Positions 45,632-55,433 of a DNA stretch of 64,000 nucleotides are shown in pieces. Origin of the DNA: an uncultured Candidatus Poseidoniales archaeon (lineage in GTDB: Archaea > Thermoplasmatota > Poseidoniia > Poseidoniales > Thalassarchaeaceae). Below the pieces are notes generated by a model, which was not told where the DNA came from, searched no databases, and worked only from the letters and a program-made list of their open reading frames with translations. The stretch lies in the NCBI GenBank assembly GCA_902573015.1, contig CACGIE010000004.1, positions 8,907 to 72,906 on the forward strand, read 5' to 3'. How positions within the stretch are numbered: position 1 is the first letter of the stretch; every line of letters begins with the position of its first letter. The position numbers were made by a program, and so were the translations under genes.

Positions 45632-46871
45632 CTATAGATGCCCTTGAAGATTATACTTGCCCATTGCAGCCTCGTTAACCAGATTTTCACTTTCACTCAT
45701 TAGGACGATTGCATCTATAGCCTTTGGAATTGCCGAATTAACTTGCTTACTTCGTCCACCTCGGCCTTTGCTAACGTTTCTTGCCATGATAAGTCCCATT
45801 GTATCCAATTCATTAAGCAATGAGGAGACCCTTCTGGTCGTCAATGGCTCTGTACCAATCTTCGAGCACGCTTCTGTATAGGTTCTGTATACTTCGCCTG
45901 TTGAGATATTTCTCAGGCCATTCTCTTCGTTTAAGCAGATTGAGAATAGTACTAACTTTTGGTGAAGTGGTAAGGTCTTGATAACAGGAGTCACCTGATC
46001 ATATTCTAGTTGACTTTGGGCCAATCTAACGTGTTTTGTATCAACTCTATTCTGCGATCTCTGTTCCGCTTTCTGTACAGAGATTCTAAGCAAATCCAAA
46101 GCTCTTCTTGCATCTCCATGCTCTTGCGCAGCTAATGCCGAGCACAGTTTGATTACCCCATCGTCTAGTACACCTTCCTTGATTCCCATTTCAGCCCTCT
46201 CGTTGAGGATATTCTGAATCTCAGTGGCCACATAAGGGTGGAACACTATATCCTCTTGACTCAGTCTTGAACTGACTCTTGGATCTAGGTGTTGAGTAAA
46301 ATGTAAGTCATTGCTGATTCCGATAATTGAGCATCTCCCCTTGCTTAGCAAGGTATTGAGGCTAGTTAGCGCGTAAAGAAGATCATCCCCCCCCCTTGTC
46401 TACCAGGTTGTCCACCTCATCTAGTACGATGATGTGAACCCCTCCCACACGGCTCATTCTGGAAACTACCGTATCAAGAACTCGATCTGTAGGCCAACCC
46501 GTGAATGGCACAGGAGGATCCCCCCTCTGAGCCAACTGGGTAGCTATAGTCTGAACAACTCTATATTTGGTATCTACATTCCTGCAGTTAATCTCGTAGG
46601 TATGTACGGATTGCCCCATTTCCAAGCCTTTCTCCCTTAGTTGGCTCAGGACGTATCTGGTTACCACGGTTTTTCCTGAACCCGGTACTCCGTATAGGAG
46701 CATATTCGACGGTATGTGACCATTCAGAGCATCCACAAGATTCCTCACTAAGGAATCCAGTTCATGCTCTCTGTGAGGAAGCCTTGCTGGTTCGAAGGCA
46801 TGGTCAAAGGCCTTCCTATCTGTGAAAAGGCTATCTTGTCCGAGAATCTCTTCGAAAATATTTCCCTTCAT
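45632..46871 (-). pseudogene. orc1/cdc6: Orc1/Cdc6 replication initiator, frame broken by one extra G in a G9 run (C9 on the + strand, 46387-46395)
   Basis: N-terminal ORF: LLYGVPGSGKTVV (Walker A), IIVLDEVDNLVDKGGG then stop. Removing one G gives ...LVDKGGDDLLYALTSLNTLLSKGRCSIIGISNDLHF..., which continues into ORF 45632-46351 (sensor and winged-helix domains). Confidence 0.9.
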
Positions 46872-47273
46872 TTTCTTTCACACCAAAAAACACTCCAACA
46901 AAAGCCATCACTCCCTCCCATAGGGAACATAGCTTATCGTGAGGTTTTCTGAGCGACTATGTTTGTGGTAATAAGAGTGACCCGATTTTCCAGATCTAAG
47001 TCCGATTTTGTTAATACTCCAGTGTAGAAGTATATTCTCTGCACCAACCATACCCAAGATCTTTGAAAATAATCTCAGTATAATGATTCTGAGTAATTTT
47101 TTATGATGTATTTTCTACACCACAATAGACTTTTTCTAGATCTAGATTGACAATTAAGTAGTTGATTCTGAACCTTCCCAACATTTGCTGAGTTTGTATC
47201 AATACACAGGCTACTGATGAAAAAATATTTTTCTAGATCCTACTCGAATATATATATCCGTTATTTTTATATT
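46872..47273. other. AT-rich repeat-bearing spacer upstream of orc1/cdc6; candidate replication origin and/or cdc6 promoter
   Basis: About 400 bp with no credible ORF. TTTTTCTAGATC occurs at 47131-47142 and 47228-47239, with the variant TTTTCCAGATCT at 46986-46997 and an inverted variant AGATCTTTGAAAA at 47057-47069. TGATTCTGA occurs at 47084 and 47163. There is an inverted pair GTGTAGAA (47022) and TTCTACAC (47113), and an ATATATAT tract near 47249. Confidence 0.5.
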
Positions 47274-48074
47274 CTAATTATTTACAGTAAAATTTCCATC
47301 ATCATGCACATCGATACTAGCTCCATCGTTTAGTTGGACTATGCCTTCTGGTAACTCTGGAATATCGAAACCAAACTCACTATCCGGAGACTTGGCATAG
47401 TTATGTGTCACTAACACCTTGGTATCGGGAAATCTCTTCCAGAATGCGATTACATCCGAGGGCCTATGATGGTGGGGGAACTCTCCAATATCGGGCATCC
47501 CCATCTCTAGTAAAACCACATCCGCATTTTTGGCTCTACTATGAATTTCTGAACAGGGCCCCGAATCTCCACAATGGAGCAACCTAAACCCACTTTGGTG
47601 TACAAACTCATATCCATGTGGATCAGTTTCAGGTGTGTGTCGTACGGGAAACCTCTCGTAAGACCATTCTGTACCTTCCAATATTCCTGACTCTTCGTCA
47701 TTCCAAAAAATTCTAGACTCTAGAAAATCCTCCAGACTTCCTGGAAATCCCAACTTGCTGAGACTCGTAAGGTATTCTCTGCCACCAGGTCTGTGGTGTA
47801 CTGCCAGGATTTTATCTGCCGATGTATCTGTGATATATTTCCTATCCAAAATTAAGAATGGAAATCCAAATGCATGATCCCCATGCCAGTGAGTGAATAG
47901 TATATGTTCTACCTGACCTGTGGAAATATTAGATATTCTCAATTGAGCTAGAAGTGTCGGGGGGGCATCAATGAGTATCTTCTCATCCAGAATCGCTAAT
48001 GCATGCATCCTTCCACTGGGACAGAAAGCATTTCCAGTGCCCAGGAAATCTACTCGTGCCACACATCCCGACAC
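47274..48074 (-). CDS. MBL-fold metallo-hydrolase
   Basis: FLGTGNAF...ILIDAPP, HILFTHWHGDHAFGFPFL (HxHxDH) and LLHCGDSG. Confidence 0.8.
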   Translation of the reverse strand: MSGCVARVDFLGTGNAFCPSGRMHALAILDEKILIDAPPTLLAQLRISNISTGQVEHILFTHWHGDHAFGFPFLILDRKYITDTSADKILAVHHRPGGREYLTSLSKLGFPGSLEDFLESRIFWNDEESGILEGTEWSYERFPVRHTPETDPHGYEFVHQSGFRLLHCGDSGPCSEIHSRAKNADVVLLEMGMPDIGEFPHHHRPSDVIAFWKRFPDTKVLVTHNYAKSPDSEFGFDIPELPEGIVQLNDGASIDVHDDGNFTVNN

Positions 48075-48171
48075 GGGCTCTATGACTTGACCCCATCGTT
48101 TCTAATTAAACCGTCATTTGCTTACACATTTGTTCATATATCTCACTTTACTCCGAGTAAATGAAGACATT

Positions 48172-49467
48172 ATGGCCGGAAAATCTTCTAAATCCGAGTG
48201 GTCCGCAAAGAAACCCTATTTCACTAAAATTACTGACAATTTCGTATTGAATGGAGAATCTTCACGAAAAGAGACAAGACATATTGTATTCGATTTGGGA
48301 GATTCCGGTTTGGAGTACAAGGCAGGGGATGCCCTTGGTGTAGTTCCAAGATGCCCTCCCGAGGAAGTGGAAGAAATTCTGAGAATTTGCGGATTCTCTG
48401 GTGAGGAAATGGTGGAAACCAACCTCGGAGATTGCTCTCTAAGGGACGCGCTAACAGATAGGTATGAGGTTCATAGAGTCTCGAAGAAGTGGATTAAGGG
48501 ACTAGCAGAAAGGTCAGGAGGGGATGCCCCCAAGTCGGAAATAAGAATCGTCTCAAGAAAGAGATCCTCATCAGTCGATGGAGCTCTAATAGTTGACTGG
48601 TCGTCAAGCGGCGAGGGAGACGTTCCCGAGGGCTATGTTGAGATGGGGGAAATGGGCGATAACTCAGCAATACTTCTCCACGAACTTATCTCCGATAACG
48701 ATGCGATGGAGGACTACATTTGGTCACGCGATTATGTCGATGCATTGGGAGATTTCGCTAGTTTCGGCTTCACTCCACAGCAACTATTGGAAGGAATGGA
48801 CCGTTTGAAGCCGAGACTGTATTCGATAGCCAGCAGCCCCGACTTCGAAGAAGGAACAGTCCATCTGACCGTAGCCATAGTGAGATACTCTCACCATGAA
48901 AGGGATCGGACAGGGCTTTGTACGGGGTTCATGGCAGACAGATGTGAGACCAATACAACGGAAGTGGGAGTTTACATGTCTCCTACAAGATCTTTCGTTC
49001 TTCCAGAGGATGGTACAAAGGACATCATAATGGTAGGCCCTGGGACTGGGATAGCACCCTTCCGTGCATTCCTGCAACAGAGAGAAATAAACGGGGACTC
49101 GGGGAGAAATTGGCTTTTCTTCGGCGATTGGACCGAGGAGGGAGAGTATCTCTACAGGAATGAGATGGGTGATTGGAAAGATAGGGGAATTATCTCGAAA
49201 CATGATTTAGCATGGTCTAGACAAGGATCTGAGAAAGTATATGTCCAGCACTTGATGGAGAAAAATGGGGAGGAAATTTGGAACTGGATACATGGGGGTG
49301 CATACTTCTATGTTTGTGGAGATAAACAGTATATGGCAAAAGACGTACACTCGACATTGATAGGAATATGCTCAGAGTTTGGCGGAATGAGTCCTGAAGA
49401 TGCAAAGGATTTCGTAGAGACAGGATTAATGAAAACTGAGAAGCGGTATCTCAGAGACGTATATTGA
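48172..49467 (+). CDS. CysJ-like FAD/NADPH-binding flavoprotein reductase without a flavodoxin domain
   Basis: ETRHIVFDL...YKAGDALGV, RLYSIASSP, GPGTGIAPFRAF and YFYVCGD...MAKDV. I prefer the start at MAGKSSK. There is an acidic insertion of about 60 aa in the connecting region. Confidence 0.8.
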   Translation: MAGKSSKSEWSAKKPYFTKITDNFVLNGESSRKETRHIVFDLGDSGLEYKAGDALGVVPRCPPEEVEEILRICGFSGEEMVETNLGDCSLRDALTDRYEVHRVSKKWIKGLAERSGGDAPKSEIRIVSRKRSSSVDGALIVDWSSSGEGDVPEGYVEMGEMGDNSAILLHELISDNDAMEDYIWSRDYVDALGDFASFGFTPQQLLEGMDRLKPRLYSIASSPDFEEGTVHLTVAIVRYSHHERDRTGLCTGFMADRCETNTTEVGVYMSPTRSFVLPEDGTKDIIMVGPGTGIAPFRAFLQQREINGDSGRNWLFFGDWTEEGEYLYRNEMGDWKDRGIISKHDLAWSRQGSEKVYVQHLMEKNGEEIWNWIHGGAYFYVCGDKQYMAKDVHSTLIGICSEFGGMSPEDAKDFVETGLMKTEKRYLRDVY

Positions 49468-49508
49468 TAGCCGATTCACTCAAACGAGGACACACCTAGC
49501 AGTGAGTT

Positions 49509-50855
49509 GTGTTCCGGCGTGTGTTAGTCGCCAATCGAGGGGAGATAGCCCTCCGAGTTGTCCGTTCTTTGAGGGAATTGGGGATTGAATCAGTAGTTAT
49601 TCATGGAAGAGAAGATCGGATGTCTCTCCCCGTTAGACTTGCCGATGAAGGTTTTTACATTCCAAGGCAAGACCCACTCGCTTCATATCTGGACATTGAG
49701 GCTATCGTTTCTGCAGCAAAAGAAGTTGGTGCCGATGCAGTACATCCTGGGTATGGATTTCTATCGGAAAATGCTACATTTGCTCAGCTTCTATCAGAAG
49801 AAGGAATTACATTCATTGGTCCTTCACCAGAGTCACTTAGACTTCTGGGAGACAAAATTGCTGCTAGAGAAGCCATGTCAAAGGCAGGAATACCTGTAGC
49901 AAAGGGAACGGAAGAACCCATAACGGATAACGAAGAAGCTTTGGAAATAGCATCAAAGATTGGATTTCCTTTAATGATCAAAGCCGCCTCTGGTGGAGGT
50001 GGAATTGGGATGCAGATAGTTCATGAAGAATCTGAATTCAAATCCGCCCTGAGATTATGCCAAGGTAGGGCTAAATCGGCTTTCGGAGATAGCAGAGTTT
50101 TCATTGAGGAGTATGTAGATTCAGCAGAGCATATTGAATTCCAGGTTTTAGCGGACGGAAAACGTGCTATTCACTTCGGCGAACGCTTCTGCTCGATCCA
50201 AAGGCGACATCAGAAGATAATCGAGGAGGGACCTTGGATTAGTGAGGAAGAAAGACAGGATATCGGATCTAAAGTAGTGGCTGGAGCAGAAGCCATAGGA
50301 TACCGCGGACTAGCAACCTTTGAGTTTCTCAGGAATTCAAATGGCCAATTCTACTTCATGGAGGTAAATCCCAGAGTACAAGTTGAGCATACGGTGACTG
50401 AAATGTTGACCGGAGTTGACTTGGTATCGCTGGGAATAATTGTTTCTTCGGGGGCAGATCTGCCTCTGGAACAGAACGATGTTCAAATCCAGGGCCATGC
50501 AATACAGGCACGTATCAATGCCGAGAACCCATTCACTTTGGAACCATCACCCGGGAAGATTTGGGAATGTCATTGGCCAGGAGGTCCAGGAATTAGAGTA
50601 GATACCCATGGTTTTTCTGGATATGAGATGCCTGAAGCATTCGATTCGCTGCTAGCAAAGATAATTTCTTGGGCCCCAGATAGGGAAGGGGCAATTGCAA
50701 GGTTGGACTCTGCACTTGAAGAGACCATTCTATTGGGTGTCGACTCACTGATACCCCTACATAGGGCGATTTTAATCGATGAAGACTTCATGGAAAGAAA
50801 GATTACAACAGACTATCTGGAAACTCATGCAGATTTATTGATCGGTGGTGGTTAG
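49509..50855 (+). CDS. accC: Biotin carboxylase subunit (acyl-CoA carboxylase AccC or pyruvate carboxylase PycA type)
   Basis: VLVANRGEIALRVVRS, HPGYGFLSEN, MIKAASGGGGIGM, EMNPRVQVEHTVTE-like (FMEVNPRVQVEHTVTE). GTG start. Confidence 0.9.
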   Translation: MFRRVLVANRGEIALRVVRSLRELGIESVVIHGREDRMSLPVRLADEGFYIPRQDPLASYLDIEAIVSAAKEVGADAVHPGYGFLSENATFAQLLSEEGITFIGPSPESLRLLGDKIAAREAMSKAGIPVAKGTEEPITDNEEALEIASKIGFPLMIKAASGGGGIGMQIVHEESEFKSALRLCQGRAKSAFGDSRVFIEEYVDSAEHIEFQVLADGKRAIHFGERFCSIQRRHQKIIEEGPWISEEERQDIGSKVVAGAEAIGYRGLATFEFLRNSNGQFYFMEVNPRVQVEHTVTEMLTGVDLVSLGIIVSSGADLPLEQNDVQIQGHAIQARINAENPFTLEPSPGKIWECHWPGGPGIRVDTHGFSGYEMPEAFDSLLAKIISWAPDREGAIARLDSALEETILLGVDSLIPLHRAILIDEDFMERKITTDYLETHADLLIGGG

Positions 50856-51821
50856 TTGGACTTGGTCATAGTCGGAAGTATGGGTTATGATGACATAGAA
50901 ACTCCTGTTGCTACGGGGTCAGATATACTGGGAGGTTCTGCAGTTCATGCTGGGGTTTCAGCTTCCTTTCACCTTCCAAAGACCCCAGAAGGAATCTGTA
51001 GAGTTGGAATGGTTGCCCCAGTTGGAATGGATTTCTCAGATTCCCATCAAAGAAAACTAGAGGAATTGGGAATTGATTTCTCAGGAGTAGCCAAATTGCC
51101 AGGGAAGACATTTCGATGGTCAGGAAGATACTCCGGTTCAATGGACAATGTTGAGACAATTTCGACTGAGGTAAATGTTCTAGGAGACTTTTCTCCAGAA
51201 ATCCCAGAAAAATGGAGATCTCCTAGGGTTTTATTCTGTGCCAATACCCATCCGTCCTCCCAGGTATCCGTTCTGGATCAATGTCCCGAATCTGAGATTA
51301 CGGCAATTGATACCTTCATGCTATGGATTGAGACAGAGTTTTCAGAACTTTCAACGGCTCTAAGGAAGTCAGACTTGGCCATTCTAAACGAAGAAGAAGT
51401 ATGTGCAATATCCGGTGAAGAATTCTTCATGAATGCTATAGGCCCGATCTTATCTGGAGCCTGCCTCCATGGAGGAGAATCTGCAGGTAGAGGTCCTCGA
51501 GGTCTGATAATCAAAAGAGGCTCTTCGGGGGTTTTTGCCCATCTGCCTTGCGGGATTATATCTCTACCATCATATCCACTTAGCGAACTGGTAGATCCTA
51601 CTGGATGCGGAGACTCCTTTGCTGGAGCACTGTTGGCCCATATTTCTGGAAGGAAGGGCGTCATGAACGACCTAGAGTCAATGAGGGCAGCAATGATACA
51701 TGCGACTGTTACTTCTTCATTCACTATCCAGGGACTAGGTACAGACAATCTCCAGGGATTGGAAAGAGGCCTTTACCATGCCAGAATGGATAGATATCGA
51801 AGGATTGTCGGACTCAGTTAG
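50856..51821 (+). CDS. PfkB-family carbohydrate/nucleoside kinase
   Basis: C-terminal signature DPTGCGDSFAGALLAH. N-terminal VIVGSMGYDDIETP. TTG start lies immediately after the accC stop. Confidence 0.8.
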   Translation: MDLVIVGSMGYDDIETPVATGSDILGGSAVHAGVSASFHLPKTPEGICRVGMVAPVGMDFSDSHQRKLEELGIDFSGVAKLPGKTFRWSGRYSGSMDNVETISTEVNVLGDFSPEIPEKWRSPRVLFCANTHPSSQVSVLDQCPESEITAIDTFMLWIETEFSELSTALRKSDLAILNEEEVCAISGEEFFMNAIGPILSGACLHGGESAGRGPRGLIIKRGSSGVFAHLPCGIISLPSYPLSELVDPTGCGDSFAGALLAHISGRKGVMNDLESMRAAMIHATVTSSFTIQGLGTDNLQGLERGLYHARMDRYRRIVGLS

Positions 51822-51822
51822 G

Positions 51823-53472
51823 TTAGCCCAATCTTCTGAGTCCGGGCAGAGGATTTGGATCGTCCCTTGATGAAGTAGGTTTTAGTTGACTGAACTTCAA
51901 TGAGTCATTCGGATCATCAATCATTACTGTATTCTCGTTCCTTTCACCAGAAAGATTCCTAACAATAGAATCTAACTTGTCCTTGGCAGTAGAAGAACCA
52001 ATATTTGTATTTCTCAATGTTCGAATACGAGAAGTCAACTCGGCTTGATGATCCTGATCACTCCTCAATCTCATATGCTGCGAAGTCTGGAATCTTTCAG
52101 TCTCAATCTCGGAACTTGTCCTCTTCCCAGACTCTCTTCCATCTAGAGAACTACCTGGACTCAAGAGTCTCGAAAGCCATCCTCCGGATGCGCCTCTTCT
52201 ACGGATGGTTTTTGGCGCCCCAGTTCCAGACATTGTAGACGCTAGTTTGTTCAGTGCTGGATAATCTTCTAAGTTTGTAGTCTGAATCCTCAACTCACTG
52301 GATCTGCGACTTCTCAATTCTTGTCTGGCTCTTGCTTGCCGGACAACACCTGCTCTACATTCCTCTCTCACTGCTTCATCAGTAGGCGGCGGAAGCAATG
52401 ATCCGGAGTAAGGCTCTGATGGAGCTCCAAACTCTTCATGAGCCCGCTTAATCATTTGAGCGCTTGATTGCAGCTTATCGACTTCCTCAATAGCGACTAC
52501 ATCTCTATCAAAGTCGAATAACCCCATGTCGTTCCCTACACTTTCGGTACTTTCTTCACTGTCGAAAAGCCCACCCGGGGCAAACATGTCTAGGCCCTTG
52601 GCTGCATCTGAGAATGCCGTGTCTATCCTGTTATCAGAAATCATGGCTTCTTCCTTCTCCTGATACCAATTAGGAGCCTCTGTCACACCCCAGGCTCTCT
52701 CGTAAGCATTCTGCTTCGTAGAAGAACTAGATCCAAGGGGACTACTCTCTTCTCTAATTTCCGACTCTCCGACTTCTACGGGTTGGGAAAAATCCCCAAC
52801 TGAGGAAAAACCAAAAAAATCAGACTTCTCTTCGATAACAGATCTAGTTTCCGCTTGCAAATCTTTCTTCCTTTCCTGAGCAAGGTCCATCGGAGGGAAG
52901 TATTCAGGAAGAGAAACTAGTGACTGTTGGCCTAATTGACCAGTTGCATCCCTTATTGACGGAAAAACTGGAACCTCAGACTCAAGATTCTCCAGACCTA
53001 ACAAAGCCTCCTCTATGGGGCTCCCATGTCGAACTCTATCTACGATTAGGCAAAGTTTCAGGAGGTTTGACTCACTTCCTGAAATTAAGTGTCTATCTCC
53101 CGAACTAGTTTCTATAGCTAGAATCGAGTAACGAGAAACTACATTTGCAAGAATAATTGATGCTCCAGTTCCAACCGCCAACCAACTAATCGGTGCAACA
53201 ATTGTTGTGATGCCTAGATAAATCCCAATCAATCCCAGAAGTATCGATCCGGAGGGTAGCATAGGTATCTTCAGATGCCTCATTCTATCTATTGCACTCA
53301 AGTCGAGCCTTACTCCCTTTCCATCGAATCTTTCTATGGTTAGCTGTCGCTCGGTAATCAATGCGCAGAACTTCCCTCTCGCTCCGACTAAGTAGAGGCC
53401 ACCGACCAACTCGGAACGCCTCTTCTCAGTCGGGCCCATAGGCCCGGCTAATCCCATCCGAGCCTTGAGCAT
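51823..53472 (-). CDS. Hypothetical membrane protein with a long Ser/Glu-rich, probably disordered tail
   Basis: 549 aa. The N-terminal ~170 aa contain two TM helices (ILLGLIGIYLGITTIVAPISWLAVGTGASIILANVV) within a globular region. The rest is low-complexity and acidic. Confidence 0.5.
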   Translation of the reverse strand: MLKARMGLAGPMGPTEKRRSELVGGLYLVGARGKFCALITERQLTIERFDGKGVRLDLSAIDRMRHLKIPMLPSGSILLGLIGIYLGITTIVAPISWLAVGTGASIILANVVSRYSILAIETSSGDRHLISGSESNLLKLCLIVDRVRHGSPIEEALLGLENLESEVPVFPSIRDATGQLGQQSLVSLPEYFPPMDLAQERKKDLQAETRSVIEEKSDFFGFSSVGDFSQPVEVGESEIREESSPLGSSSSTKQNAYERAWGVTEAPNWYQEKEEAMISDNRIDTAFSDAAKGLDMFAPGGLFDSEESTESVGNDMGLFDFDRDVVAIEEVDKLQSSAQMIKRAHEEFGAPSEPYSGSLLPPPTDEAVREECRAGVVRQARARQELRSRRSSELRIQTTNLEDYPALNKLASTMSGTGAPKTIRRRGASGGWLSRLLSPGSSLDGRESGKRTSSEIETERFQTSQHMRLRSDQDHQAELTSRIRTLRNTNIGSSTAKDKLDSIVRNLSGERNENTVMIDDPNDSLKFSQLKPTSSRDDPNPLPGLRRLG

Positions 53473-53554
53473 CCAATCTAAGGTATAAGCACATGGTAAG
53501 TTGTGAACTAAATTCGTATTAGTTCTGAGTGCTTTTCATTATGCCGAATTTCCA

Positions 53555-54031
53555 TTAACCCATAGCATCTCTAGCTTCAGATGCTAACTTCCACATCTTT
53601 CTTTCATCATCGGTTTGAGGTTCGAATTGTGGGACCTCTACAGGTTTCATTGACTCATCAATAGCCACCATAAAGAAGAAACCCGAGCAAATCTCTTCAC
53701 CAACCCATTCAGATCGTGAAAGTCTACACGAGGTAACATGGGCTCCAACGGTCCTCGGAGAAGTCCAAACAACTCTCGCTGTTGTTCTAATAATATCTCC
53801 TTGGAATGCAGGCCTCTTGAATTTTAGAGCATCGACAGAGACAGTCACGAACACCTTGTGTGCAAACTTCGAGGCTACCATTCCTGCAGCGGTATCCATT
53901 ATCGACATTAGTCTGCCCCCAAATAGCGTATTCAAGGCATTTGTATGGCCTGGAAAAACCTCATCAAGAACCACAACCGGTTCATTCGAGAATGGTGAAT
54001 CGCCCTCCATCAGATATTCACACGACACCAT
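53555..54031 (-). CDS. Acyl-CoA thioesterase (hotdog fold)
   Basis: HTNALNTLFGGRLMSIMDTAAGMVA...VTVSVDALKFKRPAFQGD is typical of YciA/Acot-type thioesterases. Confidence 0.8.
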   Translation of the reverse strand: MVSCEYLMEGDSPFSNEPVVVLDEVFPGHTNALNTLFGGRLMSIMDTAAGMVASKFAHKVFVTVSVDALKFKRPAFQGDIIRTTARVVWTSPRTVGAHVTSCRLSRSEWVGEEICSGFFFMVAIDESMKPVEVPQFEPQTDDERKMWKLASEARDAMG

Positions 54032-54113
54032 ATGCCTTGAATGCTCCAGTGTTTAGGGCGCTCAAATACGAGTTTACCGCTTAATTCAATCGAGAGGTGT
54101 TACTCGGTCAAGC

Positions 54114-54908
54114 GTGGAAGTACCAGATCTTAGGTGGGAAACTTCAGTTTTTCAAGACCCTGATGGGGGTTCTGCGATTCTATGGCCATACCTGCCCTGT
54201 GTTAGAATGCCCATGAAGATGAGGCCTAGGGAGTGGGATGCATTGGCTCTACTTTCGTCTTCAGATGAACTCATTTCTCTTAGAGAAGAGGAGGAACAGG
54301 ATAAGGAGAGCCCAGGAGTTCATTTGGAATCTGCGACTGCGTCCGGCACTACATTAGGGATGCTAGTCCGCGACCTTTCCGAACTCCAATTAGAGGGGCC
54401 TGCAATCCCCGATCCCGAGAGGATTAGACTCCTTAGGCATGCAGAGAATTCTAGAGGAGGGATGCCAATCTTTTCCATTGAACCCGGTATTGATGACCAA
54501 AAATGGGCAGATTGGCAATCTAGGTGGGCCGATGAGCAAGTAAGATTCAGAAATCTCATTGCTACATTTGGCAGGAATAGGAGATGGGCTAAGGTACGAA
54601 TAAAGGCAATCTCCAGAATCCAGAAACCTCCATTTTCAATTCCAAATGATTTGGGAGCCGCTGCAGCAGTATGTGCTGCATGGTGGGCAGAGGAATTCAT
54701 ATCCCTGACTCCTGAACTCTCCAGAGAAAGGGATGAAAGATACGCATCACGAATAAGGGGGGCGATTTCAAATTTGAGAGAAAGTGCAGATGGTGACTGG
54801 GGAGTCGGCGGCCCATCTCTGCTTATACCTGTTCAACAGTGCTATTTGCCCAGTCTAGAGGATAGCCTAATTGCCTGTGGGTCCGTGGAGATGTTGGAGA
54901 GGGAGTAA
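54114..54908 (+). CDS. Hypothetical protein, first gene of a three-gene operon
   Basis: 264-aa ORF with a GTG start. Its stop shares one nucleotide with the next start (gTAATGa). No motif recognised. Confidence 0.45.
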   Translation: MEVPDLRWETSVFQDPDGGSAILWPYLPCVRMPMKMRPREWDALALLSSSDELISLREEEEQDKESPGVHLESATASGTTLGMLVRDLSELQLEGPAIPDPERIRLLRHAENSRGGMPIFSIEPGIDDQKWADWQSRWADEQVRFRNLIATFGRNRRWAKVRIKAISRIQKPPFSIPNDLGAAAAVCAAWWAEEFISLTPELSRERDERYASRIRGAISNLRESADGDWGVGGPSLLIPVQQCYLPSLEDSLIACGSVEMLERE

Positions 54909-55429
54909 TGACTGACCTAGAAGTGAATATCGAGACTCAGACTTTCAGGGCCATTCCTTCTGAGCGAGTAGAAATAGAGGAAGCAGTGAAGTTTGCGAAT
55001 GCTAGGAGCAATGGGGAGTTCGCAGTAATCGAGCATCAAGACCCGCATGCACTGGTTGTCATCGATAAGGATGGCTCGATTCTTATCCACGGGATCTCTA
55101 ACCTAGAAGCTGCCACGCTAATAGCAAAGGAAATTCTGCTTCGCATTGGTCTTTCAGAGAAGGGTCTAGCGCTAGAAAGTGGAGAGGTACTAGCCAGCTT
55201 CTCTATAGGGAGGGCTGTTCTTATTGGCTTGGCAGCCGAACGATTTAAGCATGCTGAGCATGATCTTAGATTGGATGCCCTCAGGATTTCCGCAAAGAGG
55301 CACAATTGTACAGTTCTGTTATTCAACAATGGGAAGGGGATAGTGATGGGACAGAATTCTCGTAAGGTTGCAGAGATGGCAGCTTCATACTGGGTCACAA
55401 GATTGAGTGAAGAAGGGGCTCTGGCGTGA
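54908..55429 (+). CDS. Divergent TBP-like two-repeat protein (tentative)
   Basis: 173 aa with a weak internal duplication. HALVVIDKDGSILIHGISNLEAA and CTVLLFNNGKGIVMGQNSRKVAEMA resemble the TBP repeat block xLLIFsSGKiVcTGAKSxxxxxxA. VLASFSIGRAVLIGLAA resembles NiVaSxDLGxxLDLxxiA. Confidence 0.35.
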   Translation: MTDLEVNIETQTFRAIPSERVEIEEAVKFANARSNGEFAVIEHQDPHALVVIDKDGSILIHGISNLEAATLIAKEILLRIGLSEKGLALESGEVLASFSIGRAVLIGLAAERFKHAEHDLRLDALRISAKRHNCTVLLFNNGKGIVMGQNSRKVAEMAASYWVTRLSEEGALA

Positions 55430-55433
55430 GAAG

